A stretch of DNA of 64,000 bases, from NCBI GenBank assembly GCA_044234345.1, contig JBIIIW010000001.1, forward strand, positions 1,766-65,765. The letters are read 5' to 3'. The stretch is from Minisyncoccia bacterium (GTDB lineage Bacteria > Patescibacteriota > Minisyncoccia > Phycocordibacterales > PALSA-1337). The position numbers and the translations under genes were made by a program. The notes beneath the pieces were generated by a model, which ran no database searches, was not told the origin of the DNA, and worked only from the letters and a program-made list of their open reading frames with translations. Each line of letters starts with the position of its first letter. Position 1 is the stretch's first letter. Below, one piece after another: positions 8,667 through 18,685 of this stretch.

Positions 8667-9969
8667 ATGCAAACTTTAAACGTCTTAGCGTTTCTTCCTT
8701 CCCTAATATGCCAGACATGGTAAACGGATCTGGAGACTTATCCTTTCCTGATAGGGCATAGCGCATAGGCCAAAGTACATTCCCCTTCCCCTTCGCTTCC
8801 GCAAGAGGCCATATTACAGACTTAACTGACTCTAGAGAAAAGTCATTTACATTCTCCAGCATATCAATTATCGTCTTTAAGTATTCCTTCGTATTAACTA
8901 AATCAGGTTCTTGTTTCCACTTAAGTGCTTCTTTAGGATAGCTTGCTGCTTTAGATACGAATGATAGTTCAGTCTCAAGTACATTACCTATCTCACCGAA
9001 ATTACTTATCTTCTCCTTAATTAAAATAATAACCTTATCCGATGTATTCTCTGGAATATACTTCTGAGCTTTGTTAACAAATTCATCTATAGTCATCTTA
9101 GAAATATATTGCTTGTTGAACCAATTAAGTTTCTCTTCGCTAAATATAGCTCCTGCTTTGTTAACTTTAGAGATATCAAATGTCTCTATTAGTTCATCCA
9201 TACTAAATATCTCCTGTTCTGTTCCAGGATTCCATCCAAGTAAAGCTAGGTAGTTAACAAGAGCTTCAGGTAAGTATCCTTTGTCTCTGTACTCAGTAAC
9301 ACTTACAGCACCATGTCTTCCTGACAGTTTAGACCTATCTGGGGCTAGAATTAGTGGTAAATGGGCATATATTGGCTGCTGTGCGCCTATAGCCTTCTGT
9401 ATGAGTATTTGTCTAGGAGTATTAGATATTCCATCATCTCCACGTATTATATGAGTCACACCCATCTCAAAGTCGTCTATAACTACAGCAAGGTGATATA
9501 GAGGTTCTTCGATATTACGGGCGATTATAAAATCCTCTAGATCTGTAGTATCTATCGTAATATCCCCCCTTATTAAATCAGTAAATGTAATTTTAGTATT
9601 AGGATTTCTAAATCTAACTACTTCATTAACTTGTCCCTTCTTGTCACCTTCCTCAATAGTTTCCTTAGAAATATATGCCTTGTCTTCATCAACTAATTTC
9701 TTTAGGTACTTCTTGTATATATCCAATCTCTCAGATTGTCTCTCAATCTTTTCATTGTCCCATTTAATACCCATCCATACCAAACTTTCTTTCATTACTT
9801 CTTCAAACTCTACCTTAGAACGAGCTTTGTCTGTGTCCTCAAATCTAAAAACTAGTTTACCTCCACTTCCTTTGGCGAATAGGTAATTAAAGAGTGCTGT
9901 TCTAGCACGTCCTAGATGTAGAAATCCTGTTGGGCTTGGTGGAAATCGAGTAATTATGTTTGTAGTCAT
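8653..9969 (-). CDS. gltX: Glutamate--tRNA ligase
   Basis: RFPPSPTGFLHLG, RFEDTD, KLSGRHG. Confidence 0.96.
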   Translation of the reverse strand: MTTNIITRFPPSPTGFLHLGRARTALFNYLFAKGSGGKLVFRFEDTDKARSKVEFEEVMKESLVWMGIKWDNEKIERQSERLDIYKKYLKKLVDEDKAYISKETIEEGDKKGQVNEVVRFRNPNTKITFTDLIRGDITIDTTDLEDFIIARNIEEPLYHLAVVIDDFEMGVTHIIRGDDGISNTPRQILIQKAIGAQQPIYAHLPLILAPDRSKLSGRHGAVSVTEYRDKGYLPEALVNYLALLGWNPGTEQEIFSMDELIETFDISKVNKAGAIFSEEKLNWFNKQYISKMTIDEFVNKAQKYIPENTSDKVIILIKEKISNFGEIGNVLETELSFVSKAASYPKEALKWKQEPDLVNTKEYLKTIIDMLENVNDFSLESVKSVIWPLAEAKGKGNVLWPMRYALSGKDKSPDPFTMSGILGKEETLRRLKFAYELL

Positions 9970-10072
9970 TGGGATAATAATATCAGAATATACGACTTCC
10001 TTAGTCTTGACATTGTGTTATAAAGTGATATGTTATTTGAGATTGCTCTTATAACACTGAATCACTCATAAC

Positions 10073-10339
10073 ATGTTTAGTCCAAATTTTGCGAAATACG
10101 TAGCTCAAATCTACTCAACACGGATCAATGGACTAGCTAGAACCGAATTCCTTACTAAGCTTCGGGATAGGCCACATTTGATTCTCGACAGTCTCTTTAG
10201 GGATCTAATCGTTCTTGTGGATCTATATGTTGTAAATACTGGGGAAACGGTTCAAGTAGTCGACAACCCCGGAGAAATGGCAACATACGTAGATTCCTTC
10301 AGAGAACACTTCAAATCTGAAATTGCCGCTCTTAGCTGA
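10073..10339 (+). CDS. Hypothetical protein, tandem paralog A
   Basis: Own promoter and terminator; similar to 10864-11127. Confidence 0.75.
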   Translation: MFSPNFAKYVAQIYSTRINGLARTEFLTKLRDRPHLILDSLFRDLIVLVDLYVVNTGETVQVVDNPGEMATYVDSFREHFKSEIAALS

Positions 10340-10478
10340 GCTCGGCTTCACGCCACCATCGAACATGGTGGCGTTTTTATATACAAAAAACACCCCAACA
10401 TTGTCCTTGTTACTTCAATTGCTCTTGACTCTAATGTAATTAAGTGATATAAACTTTAGCATACAACAACAAGTTCTT

Positions 10479-10760
10479 ATGACCACAAAACAGATAGCTT
10501 TCAGTATCTCGACATATGTCAGATACAGCATGAACAGTCAAAGAAAAGAAGCATTCCTCGAATCACTTTTAGGTCCTAAACATTTAGCTATAAGAGCGAT
10601 AACAGACGTATTCCATATTCTCTGTAGAGCACACAGATTAAAAACTGGGAAAGAAATGGTTGGTAGGTATAGTCCAACCCTGTTTGAAGATCTATACTCG
10701 GCAGTCATTCTAGAGCTTCAGGATGAAATCTGGAATTTGCCAATTGCATTTGCTGCATAG
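10479..10760 (+). CDS. Hypothetical protein, probable tandem paralog B
   Basis: Own TTGACT-17-TATAAA promoter and terminator; weak similarity to neighbours. Confidence 0.7.
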   Translation: MTTKQIAFSISTYVRYSMNSQRKEAFLESLLGPKHLAIRAITDVFHILCRAHRLKTGKEMVGRYSPTLFEDLYSAVILELQDEIWNLPIAFAA

Positions 10761-10863
10761 ATTGACATACATAAAGCGCCTTAACGGGCGCTTTAATCTT
10801 GACGTGATGGTATAGCATGATATGTTATTTTAAACTGCTCCTAAAACATCTAAGCTTAATACC

Positions 10864-11127
10864 ATGTTAGATCAATCGTTTTTGAATTATGTCTCCGAGG
10901 GAGTCTTTGCTACTCTAACGGATAAAGGTAGGAGAGGATTTCTCCTGGCTCTCAGAGATTGCCCTGAAATACTTGTGTGGGGAGTTGAAGAATATCTTCT
11001 CAAATATATCCGCGAGTTTAACGCTGATAATGAAGAACCATGTATCGTTAGGATGGAATACAAAACCTACAAGGAGATCGTTGACCATTACCGGATCCAT
11101 TTTAAGGACCAAATCGATGCTCTATAG
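10864..11127 (+). CDS. Hypothetical protein, tandem paralog C
   Basis: FL..LRD.P and VD..R.HFK..I.AL shared with paralog A. Confidence 0.75.
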   Translation: MLDQSFLNYVSEGVFATLTDKGRRGFLLALRDCPEILVWGVEEYLLKYIREFNADNEEPCIVRMEYKTYKEIVDHYRIHFKDQIDAL

Positions 11128-11217
11128 TAGCTCGGTACCACCACTTGTTTTGTTGGTGGTATTTTTGTATACAAAAAGCGCCCGCAAAGGCGCTTTTTGC
11201 TACTTCAATCTAGAGTA

Positions 11218-11724
11218 TTATCCCTTGATCTCTGTTACTGTTGAACTAACTCTGAAAAGCTTCATGATAACGTTTCCAGCAGCATCCTTTAGAGGCATGT
11301 CCTTTGCAGCATCAAATACTTTGTTTCCATCTGTATCTGCGTGTATAACTGCATAGTATACTCCACCTTCAACTGTTGAAGACTTTAGAGTAACCTTTCC
11401 TGGGTTGATACCCTTGTCGAAATACTGTGATCCTAGAATATCTCCTGGTGTTCCTGCCTTGTCATTCTTAACAACTACGAAACCTGGGTTTACTAGTTGT
11501 ACTGATGAAAGGTATACGATGTTACCTGGGAATTGATCTGTAACAACAACACGATTAGTATCCTTTGAAACTACTAGAGATGAATCATCTGTGTTTGTAG
11601 AATCATCAACTACTGGTGTACTACTTCCCTTGAATGTGTAGTATCCAAGCAAAACTAAAACTATGATAACAATAACTGTTACCACCCACTGCCATGTTCT
11701 TACTCCATTTGATTCTGGTTGCAT
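11218..11724 (-). CDS. Membrane-anchored exported hypothetical protein
   Basis: N-terminal TM, beta-rich domain with DTDGNKVFD Ca-binding-like loop. Confidence 0.75.
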   Translation of the reverse strand: MQPESNGVRTWQWVVTVIVIIVLVLLGYYTFKGSSTPVVDDSTNTDDSSLVVSKDTNRVVVTDQFPGNIVYLSSVQLVNPGFVVVKNDKAGTPGDILGSQYFDKGINPGKVTLKSSTVEGGVYYAVIHADTDGNKVFDAAKDMPLKDAAGNVIMKLFRVSSTVTEIKG

Positions 11725-11773
11725 TTTTTTATTTATTAATGTTAATAACTGATTGGACCATTATACCACCTAG

Positions 11774-12910
11774 TTACTCGTGCTTCAAGCAAGTTTCAAG
11801 TATAACTTCTGCAATTTTTCCTGCAGCGTCAGTATGGCTAAAAGACTTAGCTCCTTGGACCATACGGTCCTTAATACCCTGATTATTCACGATTCTGTCA
11901 ATCTCTGAGACCAAAATATGAGAACTTAGGTTATGTTCTTCGATAACTGTACAAGCACCACTACGAGCGTATGCAAAAGCATTCTTTGTCTGATCATGAC
12001 TAACCTTTTCTGATATAGGAACTATGATTGATGGTAATCCCCATGCTGATATCTCAAATATTGTTGAACCAGCTCTTGAAATCACTATACTAGAAGCACC
12101 TGCTGCCATACGCATAGCAAGATCGTTTAGATAGTCGAAGGTATGGTATCTATATGACATAGGATTGTCCTTCAATATGATGCCAGTTGTCTGCTTAACA
12201 CTCTCAAAGTTATTCCTCCCTGTCTGGTGTATTACCTGATACTTCTTTACAAGTTCATCAATGCTATCAATTATACAATCATTAATTATTTGTGATCCCT
12301 GAGACCCTCCCATAACAAATATTACTGGAGTATTGTCCTCTAGATTAAGGAATTCCTTAGCACCATTTGAGAGAGGTTCAACAATCTCTTTTCTAATTGG
12401 ATTACCAGTAAATGCAACTTTACCCAATGCCTTCTGTCTTGGGAACATATCCCCTGCTTCTGGATATGACACTGCGATTTTGATAGCGAACTTCGATGCC
12501 CACCTATTAACCATTCCAGGTGTGCTATCAGACTCATGAACTATAACGGGAATACGGAGAATACGAGCTGCAAATACTGCTGGAAAACTAGGATATCCAC
12601 CCTTACAGAAAACTACATCAGGATATAGCTTGTAGAGCTTTATAGTTGCACTAATAACGCCAGTTAGTGTCTTAATTGCGTCTGTAATATTTAGTAGAGA
12701 GAAATATCTCCTAATCTTACCAGCTGGGACCTGTATGTACTCTATCTCGTTATCAAACAATGCTCGAGCATTGTATCTAGAAGTAGACATGAAGTATAGC
12801 TTGGGAGGTAGAATCTTCTTCTCAACTATCTTGTCATTAATTGCTTGCGCTACAGCTATGATTGGATAGAAATGCCCTCCTGTTCCTCCTCCTGTAAAAA
12901 GTATTTTCAT
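11774..12910 (-). CDS. murG: Lipid I N-acetylglucosaminyltransferase
   Basis: GGGTGGH, GGY, TGNPIR, GGSQGS, SRAG motifs. Confidence 0.96.
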   Translation of the reverse strand: MKILFTGGGTGGHFYPIIAVAQAINDKIVEKKILPPKLYFMSTSRYNARALFDNEIEYIQVPAGKIRRYFSLLNITDAIKTLTGVISATIKLYKLYPDVVFCKGGYPSFPAVFAARILRIPVIVHESDSTPGMVNRWASKFAIKIAVSYPEAGDMFPRQKALGKVAFTGNPIRKEIVEPLSNGAKEFLNLEDNTPVIFVMGGSQGSQIINDCIIDSIDELVKKYQVIHQTGRNNFESVKQTTGIILKDNPMSYRYHTFDYLNDLAMRMAAGASSIVISRAGSTIFEISAWGLPSIIVPISEKVSHDQTKNAFAYARSGACTVIEEHNLSSHILVSEIDRIVNNQGIKDRMVQGAKSFSHTDAAGKIAEVILETCLKHE

Positions 12911-12913
12911 ATA

Positions 12914-14011
12914 TTATTCTTTAATTTGATATTTAGAAATATTAGCAATAATACCAACTGCTCCGAGAATAACTATAAGTGCAGTTCCTCCGTGACTTAC
13001 AAACAATAATGGCATTCCTGAAAGTGGTATTATACCAAGCATTGATGAGATATTCATAAAAGTCTCAATCATGATCAGTATAGCAATTCCAACTACTGTA
13101 AGTCTACCAAATGAGTCTGGTGAACGAACAGATATCTTAATTGATCTAATGAAGAAGAGGAGAAATATAGAGATTAGAATTACACTACCTAAGAAACCGA
13201 ATTCTTCAGCTGATACTGCAAATATTGAGTCACCTATAGGTTCTGGAAGATAGTTAAACTTCTGTATACTCTGTCCAAAGCCTCTACCAATGATCTGACC
13301 AGAACCTATGGCAATCAAAGACTGATTAATCTGATATCCTCCAGCTTGAGTATCTGTAGCACCTGTTAAGAAGGTTATAACTCTCTGTCTTGCATATGGA
13401 CGTACATACACTACAGTTGCCAACATTGCCAACATAACGATTCCAAGTATTAGCATATGACGTATCCGAGCTCCAGCGATGAATAGCATAACTAATCCAG
13501 TACTACCGATAACAACCAATGTGTCAGTATCAGATTGAGCTAGTAGTAGTACCCCGAGTATTCCAACGATTAGAGCATATGGCAATATTCCAAGCTTCCA
13601 TGTACTAACCTTCTCCTTAACTCCAGATAGCCAAGCTGCAAGATAAATGATAAAGGCTATCTTAAGAAATTCGGACGGTTGGAACGTAACAAAACCAAGA
13701 TCTATCCATCTACTAGCGCCACCATGGTTAAGCGTCAGGAATGGGATGAATAATAGTAGGTTGATAGATATTGCTATCATCAAAATATAGAATGAATACT
13801 TTCTAAATATTTTGTAATGGATCTTGGAGGCTATAAAGAAAGCAACTGATCCGATGATAAGACTAATCGTTTGGTTTAACGCTACAGACTGAAAAGTAGC
13901 CCCACTACGAGCGAGGAGTCCTAGAGATGCAGAAGAAAAGATAAAAAAACCTACAACAGATAGTAGGATAATGGATGCTAAAAATACCCTATCAATTTTG
14001 GCTTGATTCAT
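12914..14011 (-). CDS. ftsW: SEDS peptidoglycan polymerase FtsW
   Basis: Multi-TM, RWI.LG..FQPSE..K, GYQ, LPE...DSIF; adjacent to murG. Confidence 0.9.
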   Translation of the reverse strand: MNQAKIDRVFLASIILLSVVGFFIFSSASLGLLARSGATFQSVALNQTISLIIGSVAFFIASKIHYKIFRKYSFYILMIAISINLLLFIPFLTLNHGGASRWIDLGFVTFQPSEFLKIAFIIYLAAWLSGVKEKVSTWKLGILPYALIVGILGVLLLAQSDTDTLVVIGSTGLVMLFIAGARIRHMLILGIVMLAMLATVVYVRPYARQRVITFLTGATDTQAGGYQINQSLIAIGSGQIIGRGFGQSIQKFNYLPEPIGDSIFAVSAEEFGFLGSVILISIFLLFFIRSIKISVRSPDSFGRLTVVGIAILIMIETFMNISSMLGIIPLSGMPLLFVSHGGTALIVILGAVGIIANISKYQIKE

Positions 14012-14552
14012 CTTGTTTGTTATCTGCTTGTTTAAAATTCTCTATATCCTTCTTTACCTGTTCAAAGTCTGGTAGATCTTCTATTCTTCCAATACCAAGA
14101 TACGATAGTAACTCTATACTAGGCTTGTATAGATAGCTTCTTTGATCAGCCTCATTCTCAACTTTCTCTATAAGCCCCCTTACTAATAGATTTCGTAGTA
14201 TAAACTGAGAGTTAACTCCACGTATGTAATCTATACCAGCTCTAGATATTGGTCCCTGATATAGCACAATAGACAATGTCTCAAGTCCTGCCTTACCAAG
14301 ATCTCTACTCAACTCCTCTTTGTTCAGTGTCTCAATTAATGACGATACTTCCTTAGATGTTCCAAGTGATACATTGTCATCAAGTTCGATAATAGTTATA
14401 CCTCTTCCGTTAAGCATATCTCTTAGACTACCTACCGCCTTCTTAACTGTATCAATATCAGTATTTAATATAGTTGAAATCTTTTTAAGAGAAATAGCTT
14501 CTCCTTTCCAGAATAGTAGTGCTTCAATTTGTGATTCAAGTGATAGAGACAT
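13992..14552 (-). CDS. scpB: Segregation and condensation protein B
   Basis: IEALLF, LETLSIVLYQGPISRAGIDYIRGVNS. Confidence 0.93.
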   Translation of the reverse strand: MSLSLESQIEALLFWKGEAISLKKISTILNTDIDTVKKAVGSLRDMLNGRGITIIELDDNVSLGTSKEVSSLIETLNKEELSRDLGKAGLETLSIVLYQGPISRAGIDYIRGVNSQFILRNLLVRGLIEKVENEADQRSYLYKPSIELLSYLGIGRIEDLPDFEQVKKDIENFKQADNKQDESSQN

Positions 14553-14567
14553 GTGATAATTATAGCA

Positions 14568-15302
14568 TTACATATCGTATCTAGGCACACCCACTTCTTT
14601 GGTCTCCATATGTATATCTCCAAAGTGATTCTCCTGACTTACATGCAATATTCCCTGCTTAACTAATTCAAGCATAGCAAGGAAGCTTACGATAACATTA
14701 ACTTTTTCTTCTTTGCTTACATTTGCGAAGTCACTAAACTTCATACGTAATCCTTGAGTAATACGTTTTGTAAGGTTATCAATAGTTTCTTCAAGACTAA
14801 TAACTTTACGCACAACAGCTTTAGGTATATTTTCTTTCTTAGGTAGGGATTTAATTATGTCCTTTATAGACTGAGCTAGTGATAGCAGATTCATTGATTC
14901 ATGAGGAGAGAATATTGTCTCGATTGGTCTTGATTGAGATTGGGGGTAAATGATATTTACTCCAAACATATTCTTAATATTAACACTAGCATCCTTAATT
15001 CTCTGATATATCTTCAATCTAGTTTCTAGATCATGTATTCCCTCTTCTTCCTCTTCGGTTAGTGTAAGTGTTGGAAGTAGAGATTTGGATTTAATTAAAA
15101 GTAGAGTGGATGCGATGAGTATGAACTGAGCAGAATCTGCCATAGGCATATTCTCGAAGTTTTGTATGTGAGCAATGAAGTCATCTGTCACCTTAGACAA
15201 TGCTATATCGTTGATGAATAGCTTCCTCTTCTCCACTAGAGAAAGTAGAAGATCTAGAGGACCTTCGAACACTTCAGTTTTGATGGTGAATACATCTGGC
15301 AT
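14568..15302 (-). CDS. scpA: Segregation and condensation protein A
   Basis: FEGPLDLLL, KSKSLLP, FLAMLELVK. Confidence 0.94.
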   Translation of the reverse strand: MPDVFTIKTEVFEGPLDLLLSLVEKRKLFINDIALSKVTDDFIAHIQNFENMPMADSAQFILIASTLLLIKSKSLLPTLTLTEEEEEGIHDLETRLKIYQRIKDASVNIKNMFGVNIIYPQSQSRPIETIFSPHESMNLLSLAQSIKDIIKSLPKKENIPKAVVRKVISLEETIDNLTKRITQGLRMKFSDFANVSKEEKVNVIVSFLAMLELVKQGILHVSQENHFGDIHMETKEVGVPRYDM

Positions 15303-15329
15303 GGGTATATTATAGCAGAAGGTGTCTTG

Positions 15330-15358
15330 TTGACGCTAAAATCCTTTTTTGGTACTAT
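15330..15358 (+). promoter_or_regulatory. sigma70-type promoter firing antisense into the 3' end of the PemK gene
   Basis: TTGACG-17 nt-TACTAT with TG extension; no plus-strand ORF follows. Confidence 0.65.
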
Positions 15359-15364
15359 TCTAGT

Positions 15365-15450
15365 GTAGTAAACAGTGCCTTCGGGCTGCTCTCTTAAATG
15401 AGAGGATTAGTGAGGAAAGGCTATCAAAGTAACTCTTTGATAGCCTTTCT
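15365..15450 (+). ncRNA. Candidate structured antisense sRNA
   Basis: GCC-UUCG-GGC hairpin, CUCUC/GAGAG hairpin and a 15-bp perfect stem 15415-15449. Confidence 0.45.
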
Positions 15451-15813
15451 CGTTATCTCAAACTTCTCCGTATTGAGATAACATATCTTCTCTGTCAGTC
15501 TCTTCGTATCAATCACACGCATTTGTGATATGACTGCACTTGCATTTCTATCTTCAACTATACCTAGTGGTACTCTAAAACGATGTGTATTACTCGATGA
15601 TGTTAGTGGTACTATATAACAAGTATTAAGGCTTAAACTTTTTATGATTAAGACAGGTCTTTGATGTTCTTGCTTATCTCCGTCATGTTCAAAACCAATA
15701 TTTGTTCCAAGTAGACACCACCAAATCTCCCGTTCATTAAAGTTAGGTCCTCTTTTGTTGTTGTGTATGTCTTTCTTCTTGGAATTCCATTTTCCAAAGT
15801 CTTTATCTATCAT
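15424..15813 (-). CDS. PemK/MazF-family toxin (no antitoxin gene adjacent)
   Basis: EIWW..LG.NIG.E.DG...RPVLII...VPLTS...SQMRVIDTKRL. Confidence 0.88.
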   Translation of the reverse strand: MIDKDFGKWNSKKKDIHNNKRGPNFNEREIWWCLLGTNIGFEHDGDKQEHQRPVLIIKSLSLNTCYIVPLTSSSNTHRFRVPLGIVEDRNASAVISQMRVIDTKRLTEKICYLNTEKFEITRKAIKELL

Positions 15814-15994
15814 GCTTAAATGATCTCATGTATTTAAGTATGAGCAAGGGAAAAGTATACAAAAATTTTATCAAAATTTTATCTACTTTGTGGTGTAATT
15901 AATTATATTGACATATAGTCAATATCTGTGTTATATTAGTTTTAATTCGCTTCTTGAAAATTAACCCCTAAAGGCGTATTCGCCATAATACTTT

Positions 15995-17236
15995 ATGCCA
16001 GGTTTAAAATTGTCTCAAGATGTACGACAGTCCTTGTCTCAAGGAATGTCGTTTACCTTAGAAGTCTCTCAGCAACTGTGTGAGGCTTTAAGCGCAATCA
16101 CCAGTGGTGGTCCAGGAGATCCTAAGATAAGGATATCCTCAATCATCGAACAAATACTTGCGTCGATTACTTCTGTTCAGCTTAGGACGGCTGTTACCGA
16201 ATTTGTCAGATCATGCAACGATCTGGACAAAGCACTCGTTGATTCACGTGAATTACTTGCTGTTGCCAGTCCAGACAGGGTCAAGCAGTTCATTGTTGAG
16301 CATATCTTCCGTTCCAATACAGAGAACGGTAGGTTCATTCATGCCAAACAAGATGGAATAGCAACAACTGATGATCTGCCAAAGACAAGAGTAGATCATT
16401 TCCTGAAGGCATACTTTGAACCTAAAAAATTCAAGGTTGCGACCGAAGTATATCATCAAATGCTACAAGGAAGCAGAGGGAATGTTTATAGTGTCGATGA
16501 GTATTCAGAAATGGTTGTTGCTACAAACATGGTGACAGAGATACGATCATTGCTCGATACCGCTTGTCTGGTAATGCAGTATATCTTTCAGGTTAAGAGC
16601 ACTGACGGTTCACCTATTCTTCAGTCATACCTACGTGATTTGGTGATCCTGGAAAATCTACGTTTCTTGTTGTCAGAACGCCTTCTAAAGCGCTATGTAA
16701 ACAGGTTCAAAAAATTACCAGCAAGCGCTCGTCACCAAGATTATGAGGAAATGATTTTAAATACGATTGCGGAGTTTACTCTGCTTAGTATGGGAATCAT
16801 CTCCCCCAACATCTTCGAGCTCAAGCGCGTTCCAAGAGATACAGAACAGTATCAAGGAGTGGTGGAGAGTTTGAAAAAAATTGGTGTTGATCTGGACAGC
16901 TTGATGAAGCGATACCGTTTGTCGACCACCGTTGATATCATTTGGTTCAGCCGGTATTCAACAGCTAAGGTAAGAAGCTGTGCCACTTCGGAAACTGTGG
17001 TAAGGACGTTCATTACCGACACCGTTAGAGCAGACAGGGTTGCCTTATTGGAGGCCGTAGAGTATGAACACCTGTTCGGTAGGATAAAGGAGTCGAAGCA
17101 GGACAATACTGACGACGAAACCTTCGCTGAAGATATCGTGGCTATGCTCAATGAGTCATTATCGGCCCAAAAGTTCCAAGACACACTAATTGCGCTACTG
17201 CGAAAGTGGTATCCCAAGTTTGAGTGTCTATTGTGA
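15995..17236 (+). CDS. Hypothetical protein (accessory) with Gln/Leu-rich N-terminus
   Basis: 413-aa ORF, TTGACA promoter, terminator 17243-17285. Confidence 0.8.
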   Translation: MPGLKLSQDVRQSLSQGMSFTLEVSQQLCEALSAITSGGPGDPKIRISSIIEQILASITSVQLRTAVTEFVRSCNDLDKALVDSRELLAVASPDRVKQFIVEHIFRSNTENGRFIHAKQDGIATTDDLPKTRVDHFLKAYFEPKKFKVATEVYHQMLQGSRGNVYSVDEYSEMVVATNMVTEIRSLLDTACLVMQYIFQVKSTDGSPILQSYLRDLVILENLRFLLSERLLKRYVNRFKKLPASARHQDYEEMILNTIAEFTLLSMGIISPNIFELKRVPRDTEQYQGVVESLKKIGVDLDSLMKRYRLSTTVDIIWFSRYSTAKVRSCATSETVVRTFITDTVRADRVALLEAVEYEHLFGRIKESKQDNTDDETFAEDIVAMLNESLSAQKFQDTLIALLRKWYPKFECLL

Positions 17237-17280
17237 ACGACAAACCACGCGTACGTTAGACGTATCGCGTGGTTATTTTT

Positions 17281-18681
17281 TTATTTCCCCTCCTTTATCT
17301 CTATCCCCAACTCTATCAATTGCTTGTCAGTAACCTTACCTGGTGCTCCCATCATTGGATCTCTACCTTCTCCAGTCTTAGCGAATGCAATTACTTCACG
17401 AATATTCGGTTCATTCTCAAGTATCATCATCAATCTATCAAATCCCCACGCCATACCTCCATGTGGTGGTGTACCTGATCCTAGGGCTGATAGCATATGA
17501 CCGAAGTTTCTCTCTATTCTCTCATCATCATATCCCATGATCTTAAATACAGTCTTTAGTGCTTCAGGATTATGGTTTCGTATACTACCTCCTCCAATCT
17601 CATATCCATTTAATACTAGATCGTATTGAGTAGTGAATATATCTGCTATATTCTTCTGCTCCATCAAATCCTTCATTGATTCCTTTGTAGGTGAAGAGAA
17701 TGGGTTATGAGTGAATGTCCATTGATTAGTATCTGCATCCTTCTCAAACATTGGAAAATCAATTACCCAAAGGAATGCTAATTCATTAGGGTTGTTCTTG
17801 TCTTTACGGATATCAGGCTTGTCACTGTTGTACTTCTCCATAGCCTCCTTGTATGTCATTACAGGAATTGGAGTTTGTTGTATTTCCTTTGTTGGATACA
17901 GAGTTTTAACTAGATCTAATATCACACTCTCATTCATTTGCATTACGTCCTTCTGCTCTACAAATGACATTTCCATATCTAGTTGTGTAAACTCTGGTTG
18001 TCTATCTCCTCTTGTATCTTCATCACGCATACAACGAGCTATCTGGAAGTACTTCTCGAATCCTGAAGCCATTAATAGCTGTTTGTATTGCTGTGGAGAT
18101 TGAGGGAGAGAATAGAAAGAACCACGCTCTAGACGAGAAGGGACAATGAAGTCTCTAGATCCTTCTGGTGTTGTGGCTGAAAGTAGAGGTGTCTCTATTT
18201 CTGTAAAACCATATTTAGAGAATGCATTTCTGATATGTAGAGTTGCCTTATGTCTATTGATAATATTCTTCTGTAGTCTCTCTCTTCTTAGATCTATATA
18301 TCTATACTTAAGTCTTACCTCTTCATTAATCTCCTTTCCATCAGTGTGTATGTCTATCGGAGGAGTTGTTGCTTCGTTAAGTACTTCAATACCAAGTATC
18401 TCAAGTTCTATCTCTCCATTCTGTTTGTCTTTCTGTATATTCCTCTCTGGTCTCTGATTTACTTTTCCGTGTACCTTAACTACCCACTCACTTCGAAGTG
18501 TAGATCCTACTGTATGAGCATCCTTAGCATTTGGAAGTATTACTCCCTGGACCTTACCAGTTACGTCTCTGAAATCGAAGAAAATTAGTTTACCTTGATC
18601 ACGACGAATGTCTATCCAAGCAGATATGCTTACTTCTTTTCCAATATGACTTGATAGGTCCTTTATATATATTCTTTCCAT
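17281..18681 (-). CDS. aspS: Aspartate--tRNA ligase (compact, no GAD domain)
   Basis: RLKYRYIDLRR, LPQSPQQYKQLLM, RQPEFTQLD, PPHGG.A.G.DR. Confidence 0.96.
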   Translation of the reverse strand: MERIYIKDLSSHIGKEVSISAWIDIRRDQGKLIFFDFRDVTGKVQGVILPNAKDAHTVGSTLRSEWVVKVHGKVNQRPERNIQKDKQNGEIELEILGIEVLNEATTPPIDIHTDGKEINEEVRLKYRYIDLRRERLQKNIINRHKATLHIRNAFSKYGFTEIETPLLSATTPEGSRDFIVPSRLERGSFYSLPQSPQQYKQLLMASGFEKYFQIARCMRDEDTRGDRQPEFTQLDMEMSFVEQKDVMQMNESVILDLVKTLYPTKEIQQTPIPVMTYKEAMEKYNSDKPDIRKDKNNPNELAFLWVIDFPMFEKDADTNQWTFTHNPFSSPTKESMKDLMEQKNIADIFTTQYDLVLNGYEIGGGSIRNHNPEALKTVFKIMGYDDERIERNFGHMLSALGSGTPPHGGMAWGFDRLMMILENEPNIREVIAFAKTGEGRDPMMGAPGKVTDKQLIELGIEIKEGK

Positions 18682-18685
18682 AAAA

